Shown here: piece after piece, positions 17,003 through 26,051 of the stretch | Numbering within the stretch: the first letter of the stretch is position 1 | Layout of the letters: each line of letters begins with the position of its first letter | From: an uncultured archaeon | GTDB taxonomy: Archaea > Nanohalarchaeota > Nanosalinia > Nanosalinales > Nanosalinaceae | Direction: 5' to 3' | DNA length: 64,000 nt | Assembly: GCA_964421955.1 (NCBI GenBank) | Contig: CAYQYU010000001.1 | Coordinates: 76,521 to 140,520 of the forward strand | The notes under the pieces: model-generated | Seen by the model: only the letters and a program-made list of their open reading frames with translations | The model's database searches: none | What the model was told of the DNA's origin: nothing | Made by a program: the position numbers and the translations under genes

Positions 17003-17776
17003 TCAGAGGTTGGAGGGAATCTCTATACTCTTCGCCTTCAGGCCGATTATATCCTCGTAGCCGTTGGTCGACATCAGGACGGGATAGAAACTCTCACCCG
17101 CCCGTAACTCTTCGCCATCTTTTCTCGCAAAGACTTCTCCCTTTTCAACCAGTTCAAAGTTCCTGCCTAGGAACTCGTATCCCTTTCCGGGAACATCTTC
17201 GATGTACTCGTAGAATTCTGGATCCGACCTCTCGAACTCCGCATCTATAACTCCCTCGGATGCAAGAAAATTGACCAAGATTTCATAGGCCATCTCGGCC
17301 GCCTCCTCAGTTCCCTGCGGACCCACCTCGACTATGACTCCTTCCGCACAGGTTCTAGTTGTTCCAGAACTCTCGGGAAAACGCACCGCATTCGGGACAC
17401 CAGTGGATCTCACCATCGAAATCACCGTGTCATCGAGCTCCGAAAAGTTTGTGAACGGTACTGGCTGGGAACGTGTGGAGTGAATGTCCAGCAGTTTCGT
17501 GCCTTTTATCTCCGCGTTTATCTCGGCTGCCAGACGCTCCTCATATAAACCACTTTCTGGATTGCCTGGAAAAGACCGGTTGAGATCTGTATCTATGAAA
17601 CGTGTGTCTTTTTCGAGTGCTTTCTCGTTCGCGATAACGAACTTTACAGGGATTTTGACGTTCCAGCCCTTAGAAAGAAACCGCTCGATAGCCTTCTTTC
17701 CACAGGGCTCGTCGCCGTGTACCGAGCCCACAACACAGTACTCGGCTTCTCCATCTCCAAGTTTCTCTACCTTCAT
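17003..17776 (-). CDS. succinylglutamate desuccinylase/aspartoacylase-family zinc hydrolase
   Basis: 257 aa. Motifs VVGSVHGDEPCG, DTDLNRSFPG and LDIHS match the AstE/AspA (M14-like) family. Confidence 0.75.
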   Translation of the reverse strand: MKVEKLGDGEAEYCVVGSVHGDEPCGKKAIERFLSKGWNVKIPVKFVIANEKALEKDTRFIDTDLNRSFPGNPESGLYEERLAAEINAEIKGTKLLDIHSTRSQPVPFTNFSELDDTVISMVRSTGVPNAVRFPESSGTTRTCAEGVIVEVGPQGTEEAAEMAYEILVNFLASEGVIDAEFERSDPEFYEYIEDVPGKGYEFLGRNFELVEKGEVFARKDGEELRAGESFYPVLMSTNGYEDIIGLKAKSIEIPSNL

Positions 17777-17812
17777 AAAGTCTCACTTTGAGCGCAGGCG
17801 GGATTTAAATTT

Positions 17813-18985
17813 TTACGAGTATTTCTCCAGGGCTTCCAGAACGGGCAGTGGCTCCCCCGACATGTATCTGACGAATGCTCCTCCTGCTATCGAGACATGA
17901 GAGAAGTCGTCAAGACTGTGGTCGAAACGCTGTACCAGTGACGATGTATGGCCTCCACCCAGTACCGTGAAACTGTCGCTTGAGGCTATAGCATCTACTA
18001 TTGCCCTAGTGCCCTCCGGGTAATCCTCGAAGGCTCCCATGGGGCCCTTCATAACTATTGAATCGGCTTCTCTCATCTCCTCCACAAATCTTTCCTGCGT
18101 CTTCTTCCCAATATCCCAGGTCATCTCGTCTTCCGGGACCTCTTCTACACTGTAGTTTCCAGAGTCGGTCCTGACGTCTTCCGGGAGGACAATCTTGTCA
18201 CCGTGCTGCTCTATCAGCTCCATCAACTCTTTTTCGTTGCCGTCGAAGCCCTGTTCCTCTATCCACTCTGCCTTTTTCCCCAGATCATTCCCCTCAAGCT
18301 TCAGGGCCAGTTCTCCCGGTATTCCCCCGAGAAGCACTTTTTCCGCTCTATCAATCATCTGCTCCATCATGCCGATCAGATCCGAAGGTTTCTCTCCGCC
18401 GAGGACAAGCAGCGGTGATTCCAGCTCGTCTCTTATCTTCCTGCAGCTCTCGGTCTCCCTTCGCAGAACAGGACCTGCATAAGAGTCCAGCAGAGGGATA
18501 AAACCAACGAGAGAGCCATGTGACCGATGTGCTGCGGAGAAGGCATCGTTAACATAGATATCGAAGTAGGAGGACATGTTCTCGACAAAGTAGTCGTGGG
18601 AGTGCCTCTTTGCGCTCAGGGTCTGGAGCTCCTCCGAAAGAAAGCGGACGTTTTCGAGAAGCACCACCTCACCGTCTTCCATCGACGCGACCGCTTCTCC
18701 CAGTTCCTGTCCAAAAAAGCACCTGACAAAGCCGATCGGTTGATCGAGTTCTTCCGACATCAGTTCGGCATGTCCCTCAAGCGACATGAAGTCCTTTCTC
18801 GCCGGCCTTCCCTGATGCGCAACCACTAGCGTCCGGGCGCCGCGGTCGCTCAGTTCCTCAATAGTTTCGAGGTAGCGCCTGAATCTCACTGTCTTCAGGG
18901 GAGCTCCGTTCTCAATCGGGAGATTCAGATCAGTCCGGAGCACCACTTTTTTTCCTGCTAGTTCTGTTCCGTTGAGCTTCTGCAT
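17813..18985 (-). CDS. pgk: phosphoglycerate kinase
   Basis: 390 aa. Motifs VVLRTDLNLP, AHQGRP and LGGGHTS, consistent with an archaeal PGK layout. Confidence 0.9.
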   Translation of the reverse strand: MQKLNGTELAGKKVVLRTDLNLPIENGAPLKTVRFRRYLETIEELSDRGARTLVVAHQGRPARKDFMSLEGHAELMSEELDQPIGFVRCFFGQELGEAVASMEDGEVVLLENVRFLSEELQTLSAKRHSHDYFVENMSSYFDIYVNDAFSAAHRSHGSLVGFIPLLDSYAGPVLRRETESCRKIRDELESPLLVLGGEKPSDLIGMMEQMIDRAEKVLLGGIPGELALKLEGNDLGKKAEWIEEQGFDGNEKELMELIEQHGDKIVLPEDVRTDSGNYSVEEVPEDEMTWDIGKKTQERFVEEMREADSIVMKGPMGAFEDYPEGTRAIVDAIASSDSFTVLGGGHTSSLVQRFDHSLDDFSHVSIAGGAFVRYMSGEPLPVLEALEKYS

Positions 18986-19192
18986 CAGATCACCAAAAAT
19001 TCTATATTACGAAGTAATACTTGCTCATTTTTAAGCTTTCCATAGAGACCGGGAAGCTATAAAAGAATGGTAAACTCGACCTTATACTACGTGATTGACA
19101 TGCCAACTAAGGGTGGACGTTTTGGATGTGCCTCGATCAACTGAAGTTCTAAACCCTCACTCTAGACCTACTTCTCCAGGGATGCACCAGAG

Positions 19193-20926
19193 ATGAGCGA
19201 TAATACTGTAGGGAAACTGAAGGAGCTGGCGAAGCGGCGCGGGTTCTTCCTTCCCTCAAACGAAGTCTACGGGGGAACCGCAGGATTCTACACCTTTGGA
19301 CCTAACGGTGCCGCTCTGAAGAGAAATATAGAGGACGCCTGGCGCGAGAGGTTCACCTATGGCGAGGGTCACCGCGAAATCGAATCCCCCACCGTAATGC
19401 CCGAGGCAGTTTTCGAGGCCTCCGGACACCTTGAAGGCTTCGACGATATGATAATAGATTGCGAGGAGTGCCAGACCTCGCACCGGGCCGATCATCTAAT
19501 AGAGGACAATACCGATATTGAGGAGGCTGAGTCGCTTCCTGTTGAAAAAGTCGCGGAACTCATTTCGGAAAACAACATCCAATGTCCGAACTGTGGTTCA
19601 GAACTCGCTGGAGCAGAGGTAGAGGACTTCAACCTGATGTTTGAGACCAACATAGGTCCCGGATCATCGAGCCCGGGCTACCTGAGACCGGAGACCGCGC
19701 AGGGAATATTCGTTGAATTCCCGCAGCTGAAAGAATATGCGCGCAACCAGCTGCCGTTCGGAATAACACAGATCGGGAAGGCCTACAGGAACGAGATTTC
19801 GCCGAGAAAATCCATCATCCGCGTAAGAGAGTTCACACAGGCAGAGCTCGAGCACTTCATCGACCCTGAAGAGGACGAGCCAGAACTTGGGCACGTAGAG
19901 GAGGTGGAAGTAGAACTCTACCCGATCTCCGAGCAGGAGAAAGAAGACGGCGAAATCATAACTACAACTATTGGAGATGCTGTGGAGGACGGTATTATCG
20001 AGAGTGATTGGATCGGCTACTATCTCGGCATCACGAAGAAATGGTACGAATCGCTTGGCGTCAACATGGAAAAGTTCCGGTTCCGGCAGCACCTTGAAGG
20101 TGAGCGGGCGCATTACTCAGAGGACTGCTGGGATGCTGAAGCCTTCGTCGCGAACGACTGGGTGGAGCTTGCAGGCTTCTCTTACAGGGGATGCTATGAT
20201 GTCAGCAAGCACCAGGAACACTCCTGCGAAGATTTCACTGTCTTCAAACCCTACGACGAGCCGAAAACCGTCGAGAAGGTAACTGTAAGTCCGGACATGG
20301 GCTTCCTGGGCCCGGAGTTTGGCGACCAGGCTGGAGAGATTGCGGAAGAGCTTGAAAGACTCGCAGAAGAGGAACCCAAGAGGTTTGAAGAAAACGACGA
20401 GATAGAGATGGAGATCGACGGCGATAATGTGGAAGTTCCGGTTGAGAAGATCGGATTCGCGAGGGAAGACGTTGAAGAAGCAGGCGAACACGTACTGCCC
20501 CACGTCGTCGAACCCTCCTTCGGTGTTGACAGGCTTCTCTACACGGTCTTGGAACACAGCTACGACGAGGATGAGGTCGACGACGAGGCAAGGAAAGTTC
20601 TCAGGATCAAGCCGGATATCGCGCCTCTAGATGTCGCGGTGTTCCCGTTAATGGACAGGGAGGGCATGGGAGAGAAAGCCAGAGAACTCGCCGGAGAACT
20701 CAGGAACCGGGGTTTCTCGGTGAAGTACGACGACTCCGGTGCGATCGGCCGGAGGTACAGGCGGCAGGACGAGATCGGGACTCCAGTATGTGTCACGGTT
20801 GACCACCAGAGCCTGGAAGACGGTACAGTTACCCTGAGAGACAGGGACTCAACCCACCAGGTCCGGGTAGATATCGAGAATCTCGAGAGCAGACTTCGAG
20901 AGTTCCTGGAGACCGGAGAATTCTAG
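19193..20926 (+). CDS. glyS: glycine--tRNA ligase (alpha2 archaeal/eukaryotic type)
   Basis: 577 aa. Motifs RRGFFLPSNEVYGG..GFYTFGP, LRPETAQG, FRNEISPR and EPSFGVDR. Confidence 0.92.
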   Translation: MSDNTVGKLKELAKRRGFFLPSNEVYGGTAGFYTFGPNGAALKRNIEDAWRERFTYGEGHREIESPTVMPEAVFEASGHLEGFDDMIIDCEECQTSHRADHLIEDNTDIEEAESLPVEKVAELISENNIQCPNCGSELAGAEVEDFNLMFETNIGPGSSSPGYLRPETAQGIFVEFPQLKEYARNQLPFGITQIGKAYRNEISPRKSIIRVREFTQAELEHFIDPEEDEPELGHVEEVEVELYPISEQEKEDGEIITTTIGDAVEDGIIESDWIGYYLGITKKWYESLGVNMEKFRFRQHLEGERAHYSEDCWDAEAFVANDWVELAGFSYRGCYDVSKHQEHSCEDFTVFKPYDEPKTVEKVTVSPDMGFLGPEFGDQAGEIAEELERLAEEEPKRFEENDEIEMEIDGDNVEVPVEKIGFAREDVEEAGEHVLPHVVEPSFGVDRLLYTVLEHSYDEDEVDDEARKVLRIKPDIAPLDVAVFPLMDREGMGEKARELAGELRNRGFSVKYDDSGAIGRRYRRQDEIGTPVCVTVDHQSLEDGTVTLRDRDSTHQVRVDIENLESRLREFLETGEF

Positions 20927-20991
20927 GCTGGTAAAAGCCTCTGTACTCTAACGAAACTAGTTTGATAAAACCTCTCTCCGCAACATTTTCC

Positions 20992-21888
20992 ATGGCCGAA
21001 TGTTCAAAGTGCGGGAAGGAGTCTATGTCTTTCACCTGCCGCTACTGCGGCAAGAAGTTCTGTTCCTCGCACCGATTACCTGAAAACCACGATTGCGAGA
21101 AGATGGAGGAAGAGGTTGAGAGACAGCGCGAGGAGACGGATAGATGGTTCCAAGAAAAAGATGTGCGCGACGATTTAAAGCCCAATGAGCCCAGAAAGCC
21201 ATCAGCGCTTGAAGACATGGCAAAAACTCTAACCGGTAGCGCCACACTCGGCATAATAACCATTACTGTGCTGGCCTTCCTGGTCCAGGGCTACTCTTCC
21301 GGCTTCACAGATCTTATGCTCTTGAACCCTTCACTTGACGCAATCCTTTCCCGACCATGGACCCTAGTAACAGTAATGATTGTTCACGCAGGCTTCTTCC
21401 ATATCTTCGCGAACATGGTGACTTTCTACTTCTTTGGAACACCGCTTGAGCGTATAGTAGGGCGCCGCGACCTCCTCGTGTTCTACATCGGTTCCGGAGT
21501 ACTGGCCTCGATAGGCTACGTTGTCTTCAGGAATATTCTTCTCCAGTTCTACGGCTCGACTCTCGGAGGAGTACCAACACTCGGAGTTGCCGTGGGAGCA
21601 TCCGGTGCAGTAGTCGCCGTCTTTGCCGCCATCGCGGTGCTTTATCCCGAGGCGGAGGTGCTGCTCTACTTCTTCATCCCGATGAAGATCAGGACCGCGC
21701 TCTACCTTTTCGCAGGAGTTGAAGGCATCAACCTCCTTACAAAGACGGTCGGGATCACGCTGCCCCTGATAGGGAACTTCGCCTCCTCCGCACACCTCAC
21801 AGGTCTCTTAGTAGGAGTCTGGTACGGCCGGAGGCTCAGGCAGAAGTACAACACGAAGACAGGAGTGCTGGATCTTCTGGGTTACTGA
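20992..21888 (+). CDS. rhomboid intramembrane serine protease with N-terminal AN1-type zinc finger
   Basis: The ATG at 20992 gives MAECSKCGKE..CRYCGKKFCSSHRLPENHDC (AN1 zinc finger). Rhomboid motifs HAGFFHIFANM and GASGAV plus the catalytic His region AHLTG, with 6 TM segments. Confidence 0.8.
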   Translation: MAECSKCGKESMSFTCRYCGKKFCSSHRLPENHDCEKMEEEVERQREETDRWFQEKDVRDDLKPNEPRKPSALEDMAKTLTGSATLGIITITVLAFLVQGYSSGFTDLMLLNPSLDAILSRPWTLVTVMIVHAGFFHIFANMVTFYFFGTPLERIVGRRDLLVFYIGSGVLASIGYVVFRNILLQFYGSTLGGVPTLGVAVGASGAVVAVFAAIAVLYPEAEVLLYFFIPMKIRTALYLFAGVEGINLLTKTVGITLPLIGNFASSAHLTGLLVGVWYGRRLRQKYNTKTGVLDLLGY

Positions 21889-22833
21889 CTACTCAAGCTC
21901 TATGTTGTAGATACCGTTTCTCACTTCTTCATCCGCTATCAAACTTACCGTTTCATCAAGGTCATCAAGTGAGTCCTCGTATACAGGCTCTCCGTTCTCG
22001 TATACTACCAGCTTTCCATCGCTATATTCGGCGTCGAGAGAATCCAGTTCCAGGAAAGTAGTGTCCAGAAGTACGGTGCAGCCTTCTCTAGTTTCTGTCA
22101 CGTCCGCAAAAATCGGGCTGAACTCTCCAGCCTCCTCTAGCTCGTTTTCGTCTCGTACGTATTCGTTCATATCCATCTCTGGGTTAGCAACTATCTCATC
22201 TGAGGGAGTTCTAAGACTTGCTGCAGGAATTTTCCTAGGTATCTCTCTGTTGGCGTAAACCGGGACCAGGAAGTTGTTTAGGATTGCCTGATCCTCAACA
22301 GCGTCCAAGTAGTCCTGCCTCGCCTCTTCTATTTCCTCCTCCAACTGCTCTTCATCTATCGAATCCTCCTGGATAAATCTTTGTGAGACCACCTGCATAT
22401 TCTCAAGACGATCCAGCAGTTCAGTGTGCGTTTTCAGAGTTACAGGATACATATGAGGGTCCTCTGTGAACCGCATAAACGCCGCAACTCTATCATCGCC
22501 TCCAAGAAGCTCAAGAAGTTCCTCGTTCACAAAGACAGGATTCTCCTCATCCTTCTCGGCCAGCTCCTCCTTGAAACGAAGAGCAGCCTCCCAAGCTTTT
22601 CTTTCAGCATCTTCGATAGTGTCGCTGAGAATTATTGAAGTAGTGATATCTTTTGCCAGCACATAGGCTCCGGTCGTAACTGCGTCAAGCGGAGGATCAT
22701 CATAACGTCGGAATTCAGCATTAACAGCTGTCTCGCCGCTCAAAGGCTCATCAAGAAAGTCCGGCTCTCCAAGAGGTTCAAGCTCATCCTCTCCAACTAT
22801 ATTGTCCAAAGTAGCACGGTCCCGTGCACTCAT
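21889..22833 (-). CDS. very acidic hypothetical protein, C-terminal Hsp20/alpha-crystallin-like segment
   Basis: 314 aa. The C-terminal about 70 aa (ADVTETREGCTVLLDTTFLELDSLDAEYSDGKLVV...) loosely resembles an sHSP/CS beta-sandwich. Confidence 0.4.
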   Translation of the reverse strand: MSARDRATLDNIVGEDELEPLGEPDFLDEPLSGETAVNAEFRRYDDPPLDAVTTGAYVLAKDITTSIILSDTIEDAERKAWEAALRFKEELAEKDEENPVFVNEELLELLGGDDRVAAFMRFTEDPHMYPVTLKTHTELLDRLENMQVVSQRFIQEDSIDEEQLEEEIEEARQDYLDAVEDQAILNNFLVPVYANREIPRKIPAASLRTPSDEIVANPEMDMNEYVRDENELEEAGEFSPIFADVTETREGCTVLLDTTFLELDSLDAEYSDGKLVVYENGEPVYEDSLDDLDETVSLIADEEVRNGIYNIELE

Positions 22834-22868
22834 CTACACATGTTATTGCCGAAGAGAAGTTAAAAATT

Positions 22869-23408
22869 CTACGGAGTAACCCGTTCGACTTCATAGTAGG
22901 TGACGCCTCCTTCTGAATCCACGACACCCCATAGCATCTTTGCGCGGATGTTGTGCGCGAGTCTTACAGCGCGGGACATTTCCTGGAAGCTGAGTGTGTG
23001 GTTCTCGGGAACAGCGTGGACCACCCACTTTGTGTGCTCCTTCTGCTTCTTGGGCCCCTCCTTGTACGGGTTGACGCCTCTCGGGTAAACGCGAAAGTGG
23101 GTGCCGAACTTGAAGCCGCTCTTCACTATGTAGCCCCTGTCTCTTAGATCGTCGTAGACCTTGTACGTGTGGTCGAACTCGTCGTCGATCAACGAGAAAC
23201 GGGAGTAAAGCTCGTCCCGGGAAAGTTCCTCCCCGTTCTCCTTGACCTCGAGTTCTTCACGGTCGACAAGGTGCATCGCCTCCACGGGCGAAAGTTCGAG
23301 GACATCGTCGTTCTGGTATTTGCCGTAGTAGAACTCCTCATATACTTCCTCCGCATCTTTTTCATCCTCTACGCGGACGCGGGATTCCACAAGTTTTCCG
23401 GCTGTCAT
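22869..23408 (-). CDS. endA: tRNA-splicing endonuclease
   Basis: 179 aa from ATG 23408, with the TATA-like TTTAAAAG about 30 nt upstream. Motifs RGYIVKSGFKFGTHFRVY, HTKWVVH and a late catalytic Lys region (NIRAKMLWGVV). Confidence 0.85.
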   Translation of the reverse strand: MTAGKLVESRVRVEDEKDAEEVYEEFYYGKYQNDDVLELSPVEAMHLVDREELEVKENGEELSRDELYSRFSLIDDEFDHTYKVYDDLRDRGYIVKSGFKFGTHFRVYPRGVNPYKEGPKKQKEHTKWVVHAVPENHTLSFQEMSRAVRLAHNIRAKMLWGVVDSEGGVTYYEVERVTP

Positions 23409-23443
23409 ACTACTAGCGGAGCATATGAAACTTTTAAAGCTGG

Positions 23444-24025
23444 CTAGAACCAACTAGAGCCTTCTCTTTGAAGTTCAAAATTATCATCCTTGGTCTCTTC
23501 AAAGTAGTCTGACACCGTGTCGCCTCTAAGCACAGCCGCGGCCATCTCATCGAAGGCAGTTGAATAGACTAGTACATTGTCTTCCGACCCTGCAAAGCCA
23601 AAGGTGTAGGTATTAATCCCCTCCTTGTTGCCCGATACCTCTGCTAGATGCTCCGCCATCGATCCCAGAAAGTCTTCTCCAGCCTCTGAAACATATCCTC
23701 TAGTATCAAGTACGGCCTCAACATCTTCTCCAGAGAAATCATCTCGCACAGGTACTCTATAATCTATCTCAGTGACCTCATAAGAGCCCCCTAAATTACT
23801 ACCGCTAACGTTAACGGACCAAGTCAACTCTTCAGCCACTAGTTCTTCAAATTCAAGATCTTCAATATCTCTTCTTACTCTCTCAGCTGGCTCAGCAATA
23901 TCTTTTTCCAACTGATTCTCGTTCTTTTCCCTGCCTAGATGTGACGGGACTAGAACAATACCTCCAATACCCAGACCCAAGCCTCCAGCCACTCCCAAAG
24001 TACCAATAAGCTTTCTGCGCCTCAT
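23444..24025 (-). CDS. exported or membrane-anchored hypothetical protein with twin-arginine-like N-terminus
   Basis: 193 aa. MRRRKLIGTLGVAGGLGLGIGGIVLV is followed by an acidic domain. Confidence 0.45.
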   Translation of the reverse strand: MRRRKLIGTLGVAGGLGLGIGGIVLVPSHLGREKNENQLEKDIAEPAERVRRDIEDLEFEELVAEELTWSVNVSGSNLGGSYEVTEIDYRVPVRDDFSGEDVEAVLDTRGYVSEAGEDFLGSMAEHLAEVSGNKEGINTYTFGFAGSEDNVLVYSTAFDEMAAAVLRGDTVSDYFEETKDDNFELQREGSSWF

Positions 24026-24049
24026 GTGATCTTTTACTACCGTAAGATA

Positions 24050-24712
24050 TTAAAAACTATCAAGATCGCTCTGCTCAGATTCCTCTATTATGCGCTGGCA
24101 GGTCTTCCACGACCTTCTGGCCTCTTCAGGAAGATCGCCGAACTCTTCCAGGTACTGCTTCAGGAACTCTGTAACCTCTTCATCGTGCGCGTAACCCGAC
24201 TTGAAGTCGAAGCCGTACTTTTGCTTCAGCTCCTCAACGTGCTTCTCGCGGGCGCTCTTCGCCACGATTGACGCCGCGGACACGACAGGATACTCGTCGT
24301 CCGCACCGTGCTCCGCGATGAAATCCGCCTCTTCAAACCGGGGTGGAAGCTCTTTTTTCAGCTTCTTGATAAAACGGTCGCCGTCCGGCTCGGGGAGATC
24401 CACGATGACACGATCAGCGCCGGATTCCTCGATTACATTTGCAAAGGCCTGTACTTCTATCTCGTTGAGATTCATGACCTGCCTGAGTTCATCGATCTCG
24501 GAGGCGGTGATCTCCTTCAGGAAGAAGTCGTCGATCTCATCCAGTTCTTCACGTATAGATTCTCTTTTCTTATCGGACAGCTTCTTCGAATCCTTGACCC
24601 CTAACTCTCTCAACTTCTCTACCCGGGATTCGTCGACCAGAAACCCCGCGACGAACATGGAGCCTATTGCGGGGCCTCTTCCTGCCTCGTCAACTCCGAG
24701 AATTTTAGCCAT
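24050..24712 (-). CDS. rnhB: ribonuclease HII
   Basis: 220 aa. ILGVDEAGRGPAIGSMFVAG and the DSKKLS motif. Confidence 0.9.
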   Translation of the reverse strand: MAKILGVDEAGRGPAIGSMFVAGFLVDESRVEKLRELGVKDSKKLSDKKRESIREELDEIDDFFLKEITASEIDELRQVMNLNEIEVQAFANVIEESGADRVIVDLPEPDGDRFIKKLKKELPPRFEEADFIAEHGADDEYPVVSAASIVAKSAREKHVEELKQKYGFDFKSGYAHDEEVTEFLKQYLEEFGDLPEEARRSWKTCQRIIEESEQSDLDSF

Positions 24713-24736
24713 AAATCTTCTTTGTCCACTAGATTA

Positions 24737-25642
24737 TTATTCCTGATCTTCAACCACCAGGTAGAAATTCCGGGGGTTCTCCTTCACACCATAAGTTCCT
24801 TTACTGCTCTTCAGGCTGCCCTCATACGTCCTTATGTTCTCACCGTTCTCGTCGATAAAGTTTACAGAACCTTCTTCCTCTTCAATTCTAACTATGTCGT
24901 AATCCGACCAAGGATAGACCTCTACCATCATTATCCCCTCGTCCTCGGCCGCCTCTACGACTGCACCATCTACCAATATCCTGTCTTTCTCAAGCATGGT
25001 CTCCCGGATGCCCTCATATTCCATCCCAGTCTCCATCCCCTCTCTTACTTCAGAACCCATGCCGCTGTGGATCTCTCCCTGTTTCCGGGGAGTCATTATG
25101 GCCTGGTCGCTGCCGACTAGAATTGTCCTTCTTGAAGACCAATTCCTGTCATCGTATTCGCGTGAAGGCACCGCCAGCATCCTGCCGTCGTCAAAGATCC
25201 GATCATCTATGTGTTCGTAAAGCTCGTCGAACCGTTTGGATTCCAGGACCATTTTCAGGCCCTCTGGTCTCCATGCCTTGGCCAGGTATCTTCCTGGCTC
25301 GCCCTCAATACAGAGCTTCGCCGGCCAGTAACCCTCATCGATTTCAGCAAACTCCTCGAGAACATCCTCGGGAGGGAAAATACCGAAGTCGGCTCCGTTC
25401 GTAAAATCCCGGAGATCATAGAGAAGCTTTTCCTCCTCCATCTCTTTCCCAAAACTGCCAACAGCACTCCAGTAATGAACGGATTCTCCTCCAACTCCTT
25501 TGATAGCGTCACCTTCTTCCAAGGACTCGAATACCTGGATATCCTCGTCTCCCCATGTACGCTTCAGTTCAAACTCGTTGAGTTCTTTAATCAGTTCATC
25601 TATTTCTTCAGATTCAGTTTCAGAGCTTGTGTCAGTGTCCAT
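24737..25642 (-). CDS. acidic hypothetical protein
   Basis: 301-aa ORF with composition like neighbouring genes. No recognised domain. Confidence 0.4.
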   Translation of the reverse strand: MDTDTSSETESEEIDELIKELNEFELKRTWGDEDIQVFESLEEGDAIKGVGGESVHYWSAVGSFGKEMEEEKLLYDLRDFTNGADFGIFPPEDVLEEFAEIDEGYWPAKLCIEGEPGRYLAKAWRPEGLKMVLESKRFDELYEHIDDRIFDDGRMLAVPSREYDDRNWSSRRTILVGSDQAIMTPRKQGEIHSGMGSEVREGMETGMEYEGIRETMLEKDRILVDGAVVEAAEDEGIMMVEVYPWSDYDIVRIEEEEGSVNFIDENGENIRTYEGSLKSSKGTYGVKENPRNFYLVVEDQE

Positions 25643-25747
25643 CCGTCTATATCAGTATCTTTTAATCGATATAAATCTGCTGACCCGGAGGATTAATGGT
25701 TTAAAAGAGTGCACTCCGGTTTCGTTTTATACAACCAGCGTTTCTAT

Positions 25748-25822
25748 AGCGGGGTAGAGCAGCCAGGAGTGCTCGTCGGGCTCATAACCCGGAGGTCCGT
25801 GGTTCAAATCCACGCCCCGCTA
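25748..25822 (+). tRNA. initiator tRNA-Met(CAT)
   Basis: 75 nt. Acceptor AGCGGGG/CCCCGCT with A1:U72. GGG/CCC closes the anticodon stem, loop CTCATAA. T-arm CGTGG-TTCAAAT-CCACG, discriminator A, no CCA. Confidence 0.9.
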
Positions 25823-25901
25823 AAACTTCTGAAAGTTTTATCATCATAAACCATTCAATGACTGGCTTTCAGCGCTTGATCGAACTTAGCGCCTGAAGTT
25901 C

Positions 25902-25935
25902 GGTTCACTAATCCACGCCCCGCTAACGAACTTCT
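25902..25935 (+). repeat. partial direct copy of the tRNA-iMet 3' end plus trailer
   Basis: GGTTCActAATCCACGCCCCGCTAAcgAACTTCT here versus GGTTCAAATCCACGCCCCGCTAAAACTTCT at 25801..25830. Confidence 0.8.
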
Positions 25936-26051
25936 AGATTCGAAGACAGCGAGGTTTTCTGTAACCAGCAACCATTAGTTGCGGAAGTTTCGATCACTTT
26001 CAAATCATAGACCGGCGCCGTTTTAAATTCGAGTTTTTAGAATTTCTGGAC

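Noticed and set aside
24201-24746. 181-aa ORF antisense to rnhB.
   Set aside because: It overlaps a confidently identified RNase HII gene and is a Ser-rich low-complexity artefact.
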